The notes under the pieces: model-generated
Database searches by the model: none
What the model saw: only the letters and a program-made list of their open reading frames with translations
Told to the model about the DNA's origin: nothing
Shown: one piece after another, positions 27,964 to 40,185 of the stretch
Position numbering within the stretch: position 1 is the stretch's first letter
How the letters are laid out: every line of letters starts with the position of its first letter
Position numbers and translations under genes: made by a program
Source: Lytechinus pictus
Taxonomy: Eukaryota
Direction of reading: 5' to 3'
NCBI RefSeq assembly: GCF_037042905.1
Contig: NC_087252.1
Span: 9,178,001-9,242,000 of the forward strand
Length of the DNA stretch: 64,000 nt

Positions 27964-30900
27964 CTAGATTTTAATTCGTCATGCGGACGAATTAGGTGGT
28001 CTGTCATGATTTTTCATTCATTGTCGGCTAATGTTGTATAAAATGAATCCCGGGAATGAATCATTCAGATATGATTGATAATCTTGATCATAGACATCAA
28101 AGGAATAAATTTTGACCATTGCTAAATGTGATTATAAATGTAGTGATGACAATCGTGATGATTATAATGATGGTGGTGATAATGCAATATGTTAAATACG
28201 AAATAAAGTTAAGAGCACGTAAAATGCCGGCTTAAAAACTCTCCAAAAATCTCAGACGATTTTACCGAAATTGGCTTTCCAAAATTGCGCAATGAAAGGC
28301 GCCTTAATTTTCACAGCAGCTAATTTTTAATCGACAGTTTGATGTTTTTTATGCAAAATCTTGTTAAAATTTCTTTTTACTTTGAGCATTTTTTTTTAAA
28401 TTTCACCCACTGACATTTCACAATGTCAGTGGGTATTAATTTCACAGAATACTTGAAAATTCATAGGTGATACTTTTTAAAAGCTAAAATATCTTAAATA
28501 TTTTTGTTCAAATTTTCTGCTACATTTCAATAGATTTTAATGAGAAGTTTCATAATGCTATAATTTCACAGCATTCACATCAAAACTCATCAGTGATGTA
28601 TTTGATAAAAGAACCAGATTTTTTTGTAAATGTTTGCCAAATTTCTGAAAATTTTTAAACATTTCAAATAATATTTTCCGTCAAAAATTTTCAATATCCA
28701 TTTAATTGTGTATGACTTTGACATTTACTTGAAAATTATTTCTTGATGATTTTTACTGAAAAAAGTCAGGTAAAAGATTCAAATACTGGCAATTTTCCCG
28801 CAAAATTTCGGGAACATGTGTAATTAACTAAATTGCACAATTTTTTCATTTCACAGAAGGTACCTGAAAATTTGTTATATGTTATATTAAGTAAAAATGA
28901 ACAAACGGAAAAAAATCCAGGAATTTCCGCAAAATGTCCGGAATGAAAATTTTCAACCCAATAGCGTTTAAATATTGCAGCGTTTACTAAAAAATACATA
29001 AATGATGTTTTACAATGTTAAAATTGCCCCTTAAAAAGTTCCGGCAAAATTACAAAAATTGTCCTACATAAAAATATGCAAGGCAAGTGGGCTTGAAATT
29101 TTCAGGAAGACTGTACAATTGGTTAATAAAACATTTCTCCAAAGAATTTCGCAAAAAATTACGTCCAGAAAAAATTTGCCAAAAATTAAACACATCATAA
29201 CACATTGATGCTGTGGTCAAAAGTCAAAATTATTCACACGTTATTTGTAGAGAATTATCTTCACTACATGATATCAAAATTTGAGAGAAAACTGACCAGT
29301 AATAAAGAAGATACAGTCAAGTACGTTGACGTATGTTGCGAAAATATGTAATTTTCACTGATAACTTAATATTAACGTAATTATGAAATCTTCAAATGAG
29401 ATATTGATTATATCAAAGAGTGAGAAAAAATTTGGGGTCAACGGACTCCCTGAAGAGCTACAGTGAATTTTATATAGGCATATTTTTGCCCATTTACGCG
29501 CGAGTAATGCAAATTTGAATGGACGCGCATTCCCGTATTATTGGTCGTAAGAGGCTGAATGAGGTATCAAATTAATCAGAAGCTAATGGACAATGGACAG
29601 ACATGAAATAAATGATGACTCGAAGATGCATACCGATGGTAGGTGCAAGAACGCGCACGCATACCTGTGCGCGCGCAAATTCTTGACATGCTCAAAATGA
29701 CCCGAAACGTACCCAAACTTGACCACGGTTGATTTGGGGAATTTTTGAATTTTGACGCGCGCGTACGTGCGCGTCGTGACCTTTGCATGACCTCTGATGA
29801 CATGTCCTGATGACCTGTCACCTGAACTTGATATGATGCAAATATGGATGATTTTTTATGATTAGTTGCGATGATATGATCAATCATATAATTTTACAAA
29901 ATGGCGCCTAGATGACGTCATCATGATTTGATAACCTTGAAAAGTTTCGTTTCACGATTCCATAATAATTTCCATACATGACATGAAAATCAAGAAATTT
30001 GACAAGCCCGATTTTGAGATAAAGTGGGAACAAAATTTGGCAATAAAAATAAATAAAGTAAATTCTGACGAATATAATAGGTGATCTGTCATCTTAATGA
30101 CAGACCACCTAAAAAGGACCAAAAAAAAAAAAAAAAAAAAAAAAGGGGGTCCAGCGAGGTTTGAACCACCGAACCCTGGTATACCAGTCAGGTGTGTTAT
30201 CCAGTCGGCCACAGTGTGTTCGACAAGCACAGAGAGCAAAATAGGAAACATATTGTCAACTTGACATTGAATGTAAATTCTTGCAATTCCAAATTGGCAT
30301 GATGACAAAACTCTACAAATTCTAGTTTTGAGAATAGTACAAGCTTTAAAATGAAACAGTGGAGATATTGTCTAAAGGATACATTCTAAGCTAAAACATA
30401 TTGAAAATTTGGCGAGAACAGACCAAGATTTACGGAATTAAAATCAATTTAAATGACTGTGGTGACATCATGAAACAGAAAACACTTGTTCTTAGTTCCG
30501 ACGCCATTTTGATGACGTCACGATGTAATTAAGAGTCAAATGTGGCATGAAATCATATCTCCTTTTCATACTCTATTCGAATATGAAAAGAAAAATTGGG
30601 GTCAACGGACTCCCTGAAGAGCTACAGTGAATTTTATATAGGCATATTTTAGCCCATTTACGCGCGCGTAATGCAAATTTGAATGGACGCGCATTCCCGT
30701 ATTATTGGTCGTAAGAGGCTGAATGAGGTATCAAATTAATCAGAAGCTAATGGACAATGGACAGACATGAAAGAAATGATGACTCGAAGATGCATACCGA
30801 TGGTAGGTGCAAGAACGCGCACGCATACCTGTGCGCGCGCAAATTCCTGACATGCTCAAAATGACCAGAAACGTACCCAAACTTGACCACGGTCGATTTG

Positions 30901-31276
30901 TGGAAATTTAAAATTTTGACGCGCGCGTACGTGCGCGTCGTGACCTTTGCATGACCTCTGATGATATGTCCTGATGACCTGTCACCTGAACTTGATATGA
31001 TGCAAATATGGATGATTTTTGATGATTAGTTGCGATGATATGATCAATCATTTAATTTTACAAAATGGCGCCTAGATGACGTCATCATGATTTGATAACC
31101 TTGAAAAGCTTCCATTCCCATGTCCATAATGATGCCCATACATGACATGAAAATCAAGGAAATTGACATGCCCGATTTTGAGATAGAGGTGGACAAAGAT
31201 TTGGCAATAAAAATAAATAAAGTAAATTCTGACGAATATAATAGGTGATCTGTCATCTTAATGACAGACCACCTAA
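27964..31276 (-). mobile_element. Non-autonomous Helentron/Helitron-type element (3,313 bp), composite
   Basis: Inserted without a TSD into GGGAAA|TAAACTATA, which is empty in the other forward copies. On the minus strand it has a 5' subTIR plus IR hairpin TTAGGTGGTCTGTCAT-TAAG-ATGACAGATCACCTA, a 3' subTIR ATGACAGACCACCTAA, a stem-loop AATTCGTC-CGCAT-GACGAATT and a CTAG end. No Rep/helicase ORF. Confidence 0.88.
30145..30220 (-). pseudogene. Degenerate tRNA-like sequence (tRNA pseudogene or SINE head) followed by T24
   Basis: Minus strand: A-box-like TGGCCGACTGG, B-box GGTTCAAACC at tRNA spacing, then a 24-nt T run. The acceptor stem does not pair well. Confidence 0.6.
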
Positions 31277-32334
31277 TAAACTATAAATGTTAGGGAAAAA
31301 TTGAACCTTTTTGCTCCAAGTATGTACATATTGCCCCAGTTGAAAATGGCGTGTTTTTTTATTATCAAACGTGCTTTAACTTAAGATCAGTTGCATTGTT
31401 TGTGGTAGTTGAGTAACCTCAATTATATGGTTCAGGGGAGCGTTTCATCAATATTTTCATCCCAAAAGTTGTCAGATCTGACATCTTTCCATGATTTTGA
31501 TTAGCTGTGAGGCACTGTTCCTATGGTAACTGTTGGATAAAATGGGACTTGTCGGATAAAACGTCCGACAAGTCCTTTCATGAAACGCCCCCCTGGTGTA
31601 TTGTTTGCAGGTCGTCATAAAGATTGTCAGGAATAGAACTGCAAGCGGAAAATGTCAAGACAGATATGGGATGAAGAGGCAATGAAGAGTGCCATCGGGG
31701 GGGGGGTGCATTTTGCCCAAGTGACGGGGCAAAAAGTGATTTTTTGCGTTTCACTGAAATATACAACTGGAAATTTACGTCCTTGATATATAAAAGTACA
31801 AGCAATATTCATCTAAAATTGTCATTGTCATTGTACTTGTATTGTGTCGTTGATGACGTCTTAATATCAATTTTGAAATTCATTATTCCATTATGCCATA
31901 CCTTCCCTTAATTGTCTCATTATATTTGCATTAAAAAATACTTGACACTGTTTTGCTAGATACGATACCACTTATATTACTACTTCTGCCACTACTTCTA
32001 CTACTACTACTACTACTACTACTACCACTACTTCTACTACTACTTCTACTGCTATTACTTCTAACTAATACTACTTCTAACTACTGCTACTATACTACTA
32101 CTTCTACTACTTCTACTACTACTACTACTACTACTACTACTTTTACTTCTACTACTATTACTACTACTACTACTACTACAACTACTACTACTACTACTAC
32201 TTATTCTACTAGTAGTACTACTGCTACTCCTGCTACTACTACTACTACTACAACTAATGCTACTACTTTTACAAAATTAAAAACTACTACTGCTACTTTT
32301 ACTCCTACTAGTACTACTACTACTGTTACTACCT

Positions 32335-32377
<43 letters not shown>

Positions 32378-32386
32378 ATGTACGTC

Positions 32387-33602
32387 CAGAGGCGTCGATT
32401 CTGGGGGGGCAGGAGGGGCGATCGCCCCACCAATGAAAATATTGGGGGGCAAACATATCATTTTGCCCCCCCCCCCATAATTCCGCATGTGGAACTAAAA
32501 ATAAAAAAAGATTGTAATGTTACACGGAAATCAGCAAGCAAGATCGAGACACCAACTAGTTCTTTATTTAAAATTGTGCTCAAAATGTTCGCTTTTCAGA
32601 TTGGAATACAAAAATTTTCAGCTCGCGCTTCGCGCTCGCATCATTTCTGTAGCAAAAACCCATACTTTTCATGATTAAATAGGTAAATAGAATTTCCCGT
32701 TTTCAGTTCTAAACCTCAAAAGAACTCCCGCTTCGATTTGCAATAAACTTTTATTGGATATATATCTTGTTCTGTTAAAAGCGTCCATTAAACTGTCATC
32801 TTTTTTTTCAGATCGAAATATCAAAATTTTCAGCTCGCGCGTCGCGCTCGTATCTGCGTGGAGCGTTGTGGCCCAGTGGATTAGTCTCCGGACTTTGAAA
32901 CAGAAGGTCGTGGGTTCGAATGCCAACCATGGCGTAATTTTCTTCAGCAAGAAATTGATCCACAATGTGCTGCACTTAACCCAGGTGAGGTAAATGGGTA
33001 CCTGACAGGAATTTATTCCTTGAAACGCAGCGTGCGTAACAGCTGCACTGCTAAAGCCAGGGTAATTATGCTGCATATACTGTAGAGCGCTTAGAGACTT
33101 CTGACAAAGTAAGTGTTAAGCGCTATATAAGCAAGTATAATTATTATCTATTGTTCTTCTAGATACCCATCTTAATCGTTGGTACCAAAAATGCTTAAAA
33201 TATCAAGCTTTCAGGTCAGAATTTAAAGAGATTTCAGCTCGCTCTCGGCACTCACATTATCTGTGTAGTGAGATACATGTATCTATCCCCCTCATAATTT
33301 ATACTACAAACAGTCCTAAAGAGGTACCTTTTTCCTGTTTTCATGTCAGTATACTAAAAAATTTCAGCTCGCGCTTCACGCTCGCATTAATTTGTTGGTG
33401 AGGGTGACATATATGTCTCTTTCTCATGAGTCACATTTATATATATATAATATATATATGCATATATAATACAGGTCTATGTGTGTGGGGGTGTAGGGGT
33501 GTGTGTGGGTGAGTTTGTTCGTTTTGTGCGATCGAGCGCCTTTTGAACGTTGATTCATGATTTTGCCCCCCCCCCCATCTGAAAAGTGGATCGACGCCCC
33601 TG
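32387..33602. mobile_element. Non-autonomous hAT-type element (~1.2 kb) containing a SINE; full copy at 40195-41417, truncated copies at 5213-5737 and 17122-17649
   Basis: 13-bp TIRs CAGAGGCGTCGAT / ATCGACGCCCCTG and an exact 8-bp TSD TGTACGTC (32379-32386, 33603-33610). It has internal repeats of AAATTTTCAGCTCGCGC and is absent from the inverted paralogs (~57695, ~46245). Confidence 0.9.
32856..33145 (+). mobile_element. tRNA-derived SINE; second full copy ~40668-40957, 5' stubs at ~5687-5737 and ~17599-17649
   Basis: A-box TGGCCCAGTGG, B-box GGTTCGAATGCC, central ACCCAGGTGAGGTAAATGGGTACC and a 3' tail AAGCGCTATATAA...TTATTAT resembling L2-partnered SINEs. Possible short TSD TATCT. Confidence 0.85.
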
Positions 33603-33937
33603 TGTACGTCTACTACTACAGTACTTCTTCTACTACTGCTACTACTTCTATTTCCTCTACTTCTACTCCTACTACTACTACTACTACTACTACTACCTCT
33701 GCTACTACTTCTCATTTTCCTGCTTCCATTACTTCTTCTAGTACTGCCACTACTTCTACTGCTGCTACTGATTTTATAACTTCTGTCGGATTGTTATATT
33801 AGACTAAACCCCATTAATTTTTGTCGTTTTAATTTTACCAAAAAAAGTTTGAAGATTGGTGTTTTCTCAACGATTATATCTGAAATATGTACGTCTTGGT
33901 GAAACTTGGAAACATTAGGGAGATTGTGATTGTTTCA

Positions 33938-34598
33938 TTTTTGTCACACCTGCATAGCAAAGCGGGACTATAGGCGCTGCTTTTCCGACGGCGGTGACGT
34001 CGGCGGCGGCGTCGTCAATATTGAAATCTTAAGAAAGGATACAAGTTTTAAAATTATCATCATAACTTCGAAAGCATATGGACTTAGTTCATGAAACTTG
34101 GACATAAGAGTAATTAAGTATTACTGAACATCCTGCTTTCAGGTCACATGACTTAGGTCAAAGGTCATTTAGGGTCAATGAACTTAGACCATGTTGGGGG
34201 TATTTGAGGAATTGCCAACATAACTTTCAAATTTCATGGATCTAGTTCATGAACCGTGGACATAAGAGCAACCATGTATCCTTAAACATCAGGTGCCAGT
34301 TTCAGGTCACATGATCAATGTCAAAGGTCATTTAAAGGTCAATGAACTTTGGTTGTGTTGGGAATATGTGTTGAATTTGCATCATAAAGTTTAGGGATCT
34401 ACATGTAGCTCATAAAACATCGACATAAGGGGTAATCGAGTATGAATGATTATTATTTCACCTGCATTAGGTCACGTTATCATGGTCTATGGTCTATGGT
34501 CATTTTGGGTCAATGGATATAATGTTTTATTATCATATTAGTGTTTTCTTCTGTGAATAATAATTCATTAGCTGCTTTTTAAGGCAGAACTGCTGCTA
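33938..34598 (+). mobile_element. 5' part of the same Helentron-associated element; also 41757-42418. The 3' stub lies inverted at ~9140-9192 and ~21066-21117
   Basis: Matches the reverse complement of 56348-57347 and stops at CTGCTGCTA. The missing 3' ~50 bp (TATATCGAATTGAGTAATGCAG...CTTGTTT) is present in reverse at 9140-9192. Confidence 0.8.
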
Positions 34599-35419
34599 CT
34601 GTACGTGTGAGAGCTAATGTAATGGGATTTTAGTAAGAATACTCATCTTTTATTAATTCTCACGTTTTAGGTCAAGCCAAAGTCACATCTGAGATGCTCA
34701 CCTTAGAATGAATCCTCTTTAGGTTTTGGCTATGATCTAATTCGTGTGTATTTTTATTTTTTTAATGTTCATCCATACTTTTGTACTGAATAGGCTTTTG
34801 GAGTCTTATTTGAATTCGAAAGTGTTTTCTCCATATTTTTCTATATCAATGTGTCCAATGATTGGTAGGCATCAGTTCGTTTTAAAAGACGGTGTAACGC
34901 TAGGTCTTACATTTTCGAGAGTGGCTGTAGAGCTCAGCTCTAGAGTGGCAGTCTCGAGAGCAAATTTGTACAGGTGAAGGAGGATGGCACTGAGACAGGT
35001 ATAGATTGAAATACTGCCCTAGCCTTCCTCCTTGGTCTTTTGTCTGCCAATTTATCATTCCGATTATTTTCTGACGTCTTTTTTTGCGCCACCATGGGGG
35101 GGGGGGCAAAAACTTTGCCCCCTGGATCGGCCTATGTATATTGACTTGAAAAACACTAACATTTTAAGGACTTATGTACGTGTGATCGATGGAAAGGATA
35201 CACACCTCACTAATCAAATATTGCGAGCGCGTAGCGCCAGCTGAATTTGATATTTACCCCTTTTCTGACCCTGAACAGGTTACCTATCTTGCCAAACAAA
35301 CTTCAAACTCGAGCACATTGATTTTTGTCTATTATCGTAAAAACAGGATATTTTAAATCAGCCGCATTAATTTAACCTTTTTGGGCAGGAAATAAATTTC
35401 ACTATAAACAGGCAATACG

Positions 35420-37035
35420 AGCAATGTTGCGCCCCTGGTCGAACATGAATTTGCATGGAGCCCCCTAAGTTCAAGGTCAATTTGGCGCCCTCGGTTGAAC
35501 ATGAATTTGGCGCCATGTGAAATATCACTTTGCCCTCCCCCTTCTGAAACATGTCGCCTTATGGTCAAACATCAAATTAGCGCTCCCCTAGTTCGAACAT
35601 CAATTTGGCGCCCCGCTAGTTTGAACATCAATTCGGCGCTCCCCTAGTTCGAACATCAATTTGGCGCCCCGCCCAGTTCAAACATCAATTTGGCGCCCCC
35701 ATCTAGTTCGAAAATTAATTCGCCCCCTCCCCCTTGTTCAAACATCAATTCGGCGCCCCATAGTTCGAACGTCATTTTGGCGCCGCCTAGTTCGAACATC
35801 AATTTGGCGCCCCCCTCGTTCGAACATCAATTTGGCGCCCCAAGTTCGAATAGCAATTCGGCGCCCCCTAGTTCGAACATAAATTTGGCGACCCTAGTTC
35901 GAATATTCAATCGGCGCCCCCCTACGTCGAACATCTATTTGGCCTCCCTAGGTCGAACATCAATTTGGCGCCCCCAGTTGGAACATCAAATTGGCGCCCC
36001 TAGTTCGAATATCAATTCGGCGCCCCCTAGTTCAAACATCAATGTGGTGACCCTAGTTCGAACATCGATTCGGCCCCTCCCCCCCCCCCCCTAGTTCGAG
36101 TATCAATTTGGCGCCCCCAGTTCGAACATCATTTTAACATCCCTTCGAACATCATTTCGGCGTCCTCCTAGTTCCGAATATCAATTCGGCGCCCCTACAT
36201 GTAGGTCCAACATCAATTTGGCGCCTCTAGTTCGAATATCATTTCGGCCCCCCTAGCTCGAGTATCAATTTGGCGCCCCCTAGTTCCAACATCAATTCTG
36301 AGCCCCCCTATTTCGAGTATCAATTTGGCGTCCCCCTAGTTCGAACATCGATTCGGCCCCCTCCCCCCCCCCTAGTTCGAGTATCAATTTGGCGCCCCCA
36401 GTTCGAACATCATTTTAACATCCCTTCGAACATCATTTCGGCGCCCTCCTAGTTCGAATATCAATTCGGCGCCCCTACATGTAGGTCCAACATCAATTTG
36501 GCGCCCCTAGTTCGAATATCATTTCCCCCCCCCTTTGCTCGAGTATCAATTTGGCGCCCCCTAGTTCCAACATCAATTCTGAGCCCCCCTAGTTCGAGTA
36601 TCAATTTGGCGTCCCCCTAGTTCGAACATCGATTCGGCCCCCTCCCCCCCCCCTAGTTCGAGTATTAATTTGGCGCCCCCAGTTCGAACATCATTTTAAC
36701 ATCCCTTCGAACATCATTTCGGCGCCCTCCTAGTTCGAATATCAATTCGGCGCCCCTACATGTAGGTCCAACATCAATTTGGCGCCCCTAGTTCGAATAT
36801 CATTTCGCCCCCCCCCCCCTTGCTCGAGTATCAATTTGGCGCCCCCTAGTTCCAACATCAATTCTGAGCCCCCCTAGTTCGAGTATCAATTTGGCGTCCC
36901 CCTAGTTCGAACATCGATTCGGCCCCCTCCCCCCCCCCCCCTAGTTCGAGTATCAATCTGGCGCCCCCAGTTCGAACATCATTTTGACATTCATTCGAAC
37001 ATCATTTCGGCGCCCTTTTGGTTCGAACATCATTT
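35420..37035. repeat. ~28-bp GC-rich tandem satellite (CTAGTTCGAACATCAATTTGGCGCCCC) with ~283-bp higher-order repeat
   Basis: Roughly 55 monomers. The marker AACATCGATTCGG recurs at 36061, 36344, 36625 and 36910. Confidence 0.92.
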
Positions 37036-37876
37036 CTTTCCTCCTCTTCCTCTTTTTTTCTTCTCGTCCTTCCCCTCTTCCTCTCCCCTTTTCTTCTTTT
37101 CTTTCTCTCTTTTTTTTCTTTTCTTTCCTCCCTCTTCCTCTCTCCTTTTTTTCCTTTTCTTTCCCCTCTTCCTCTTTTTTCTTCCCCCTCTCCCCCTCCC
37201 TTTTCTTCTCTTCCTTTCCCCTTTTCTTCCCCCCTTCTCTCTCTTTTTTTCCTCTTCTTTCTTCCCTTTTCCTCTCTCTCCTTTGTCTCCTTTTCCTTTC
37301 CCTTCTTCCTCTCTCTTCCCCCCCCTCTTCTTTCCCCGCTTCCTCTTTTTTCTTCCCCCTCCCCCTTCCTTTTTCTTCTCTTCCTTCCCCCTCTTCCTCT
37401 TTTTTCTCTTTCTTTCCCCTCTTCTTCTCCTTTTTTTTCTTCTTTTCTTTCCCCTCTTCTTTTTTCTTCTTTTCTTTCCCCTCTCTTTTTTCTTCTCTTC
37501 TTTCCTCCCTCTTCCTCTCTCTCCTTTTCTTTTCCCCTCTTCCTCTTTTTTCTTCCCCCTCTCCTTCCCCCTCCCTTTTCTTCTCTTCTTCTTTTTTCTC
37601 CTTTTCTCCTCTTTTTCCTCTCTCTCTTTTTCTTCTCTTCCTTTCCCCTCTTCCCCTCTCTCTCTTTTTTTTCTCCTTTTCCTTTCCCTCTCTTTTTCCT
37701 TCTCTTTCTTTCCCCTTTTCCTCTCCCTTTTCCTTCCCTTCCTTCCCCCTCTTCCCTTTTCTTCTTTTCTTTCCCCCCCTTTTCCTCTCTCTTTTTTCTT
37801 CCCTTCTTCCCCCTCTTCCTTTCTTCTTTTCTTTCCCCTCTTTTTTCTCTTTCTTTCCCTCTCTTCCTTTTTTTTG
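37035..37876. repeat. ~840-bp polypyrimidine/polypurine low-complexity tract
   Basis: Almost exclusively C/T on the + strand, which explains the overlapping spurious long ORFs. Confidence 0.95.
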
Positions 37877-37928
37877 GCCGAAGGGGGGGGGCCAAGGCCC
37901 CCTCGGCCCCCCCATGGATCCGCGCCTG

Positions 37929-40148
37929 ACTACTACTACAACTACTACTACTACTTTTGCTACTACTCCTACTTCTACTACTACTACTATTGCTATACTA
38001 CTACTAGAAATACTACTACTACTACTACCACTACTACTAGTACTATACCGTTACCACTTCTACTACTACTACTACTACTACTACTACAACTATGTTCACT
38101 CTAACCTGTATCATTAAAGAATTATACCCCTTTGAACCATTCAATATTCACAGAAATTGATGTGTAATGTGGAGTGAGTTATGTCCATTTTCTGTGAATG
38201 GCGACCATTTTGAACGCCATCTGAGGACTTTTAGTTTGTTATTATAGACAAATTACTGGACGTATCCTGAAAAAAAATCAGCTTGTTACCTGAAATTTCC
38301 TTTCTTAAGAATATTTTAGCCTAATGCTCTTGGCCTAAATGTTTGTATACTATAATAGGAGCTTTATCCTGTCAAGGTTTTCTTTCTGTTTATTGTATTT
38401 CATATTTTGTGATATTCTTGACGAATAAGAACAATCAATAAATCAGCCAACATAACACAACTTTTTTGAAGAAACGCAGTTCCAACAATGCATGTAGAAC
38501 GCTATGTTGGAAGAGCACCTTTACATAATAGTGATTTTGTAAACAACTTCACAGTCCAGTTGTTAGAAAAAATAACTCCAACCCTAAAAATTATGTTTCG
38601 ATTTTAGATTAAGTTTCTTTTTAGGTCGAAATGTGTTCTGATACTATTCATGGTATGCACAGACAAATAAGATATTTTTCTTTAGATCAAGGATATGGAA
38701 AGAATAAAAACATTTCATACTGAAAATGAAATTAACCATATTATGGAAGATGGGACACAACGATCATAGGGGGGGGGGGAAATAAAATTTTGAAATTTTC
38801 ATAAGTGAATAAAGTACGCCCCCTTTACAAAGTCTTTGAAGCAGTCGAAAATGCGGCACAATATCAACCATGTACTTTATTCCAGCAACATCTGAGCACA
38901 TCCAAATAAAGTCTTTTAAAAAATGTGCACCATGGTGATCTAAGAAAAGGGAATGATTATAGAGCTGAAAATTTTTAGTTGCCGTAGCAAGTTTTATAAA
39001 ATATTCGTATTATGTTAATCATGATACGATATCAAGATATCAACGTTGAGACACACGCTTTGCATGCTTCAGGGATTTTGCATGTAAACCTCTTATAAGA
39101 AAATACAATATTAAGGGAAATAAACTATAAATGTTAGGGAAAAATTGAACCTTTTTGCTCCAAGTATGTACATATTGCCCCAGTTGAAAATGGCGTGTTT
39201 TTTTATTATCAAACGTGCTTTAACTTAAGATCAGTTGCATTGTTTGTGGTAGTTGAGTAACCTCAATTATATGGTTCAGGGGAGCGTTTCATCAATATTT
39301 TCATCCCAAAAGTTGTCAGATCTGACATCTTTCCATGATTTTGATTAGCTGTGAGGCACTGTTCCTATGGTAACTGTTGGATAAAATGGGACTTGTCGGA
39401 TAAAACGTCCGACAAGTCCTTTCATGAAACGCCCCCCTGGTGTATTGTTTGCAGGTCGTCATAAAGATTGTCAGGAATAGAACTGCAAGCGGAAAATGTC
39501 AAGACAGATATGGGATGAAGAGGCAATGAAGAGTGCCATCGGGGGGGTGCATTTTGCCCAAGTGACGGGGCAAAAAGTGATTTTTTGCGTTTCACTGAAA
39601 TTTACAACTGGAAATTTATGTCCTTGATATATAAAAGTACAAGCAATATTCATCTAAAATTGTCATTGTCATTGTACTTGTATTGTGTCGTTGATGACGT
39701 CTTAATATCAATTTTGAAATTCAGTATTCCATTATGCCATACCTTCCCTTAATTGTCTCATTATATTTGCATTAAAAAATACTTGACACTGTTTTGCTAG
39801 ATACAATACCACTTATATTACTACTTCTGCCACTACTTCTACTACTACTACTACCACTACTTCTACTACTACTTCTACTGCTATTACTTCTAACTAATAC
39901 TACTTCTAACTACTGCTACTATACTACTACTTCTACTACTTCTACTACTACTTCTACTACTACTACTACTTTTACTTCTACTTCTATTACTACTACTACT
40001 ACTACTACTTATTCTACTAGTAGTACTACTGCTACTCCTGCTACTACTACTACTACTACTACTACAACTAATGCTACTACTTTTACAAAATTAAAAACTA
40101 CTACTGCTACTTTTACTCCTACTAGTACTACTACTACTGTTACTACCT

Positions 40149-40185
<37 letters not shown>

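Larger units (their letters stand above)
17650..32906 (+). repeat. Tandem segmental duplication, unit C (carries a private 3.3-kb insertion)
   Basis: Colinear with unit B apart from 27964-31276. It reads through into the intact SINE (ACAGAAG|GTCGTGGG), so it is the terminal unit. Confidence 0.95.
35081..37928. mobile_element. Left-truncated hAT-like non-autonomous element carrying a satellite and a polypyrimidine tract
   Basis: The right end GGATCCGCGCCTG resembles the CAGRGGCG-type termini of the 32387 element and abuts the resumed (TAC)n. No left TIR or TSD is visible. Confidence 0.55.

Noticed and set aside
32860..32935. Functional tRNA gene
   Set aside because: The acceptor stem does not pair and the sequence continues into a SINE body and tail.
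35420..37035. CRISPR-like array or Pol III B-box array
   Set aside because: Monomers are head-to-tail with no unique spacers, no cas genes are present and the context is eukaryotic. GTTCGAACA/GTTCGAATA lacks the final C of the B-box consensus.
36953..38117. Long Lys/Glu/Arg/Gly-rich and Phe/Ser/Leu/Pro-rich ORFs of 273-377 aa
   Set aside because: A pure pyrimidine/purine tract cannot contain stop codons, so nearly all frames are open.
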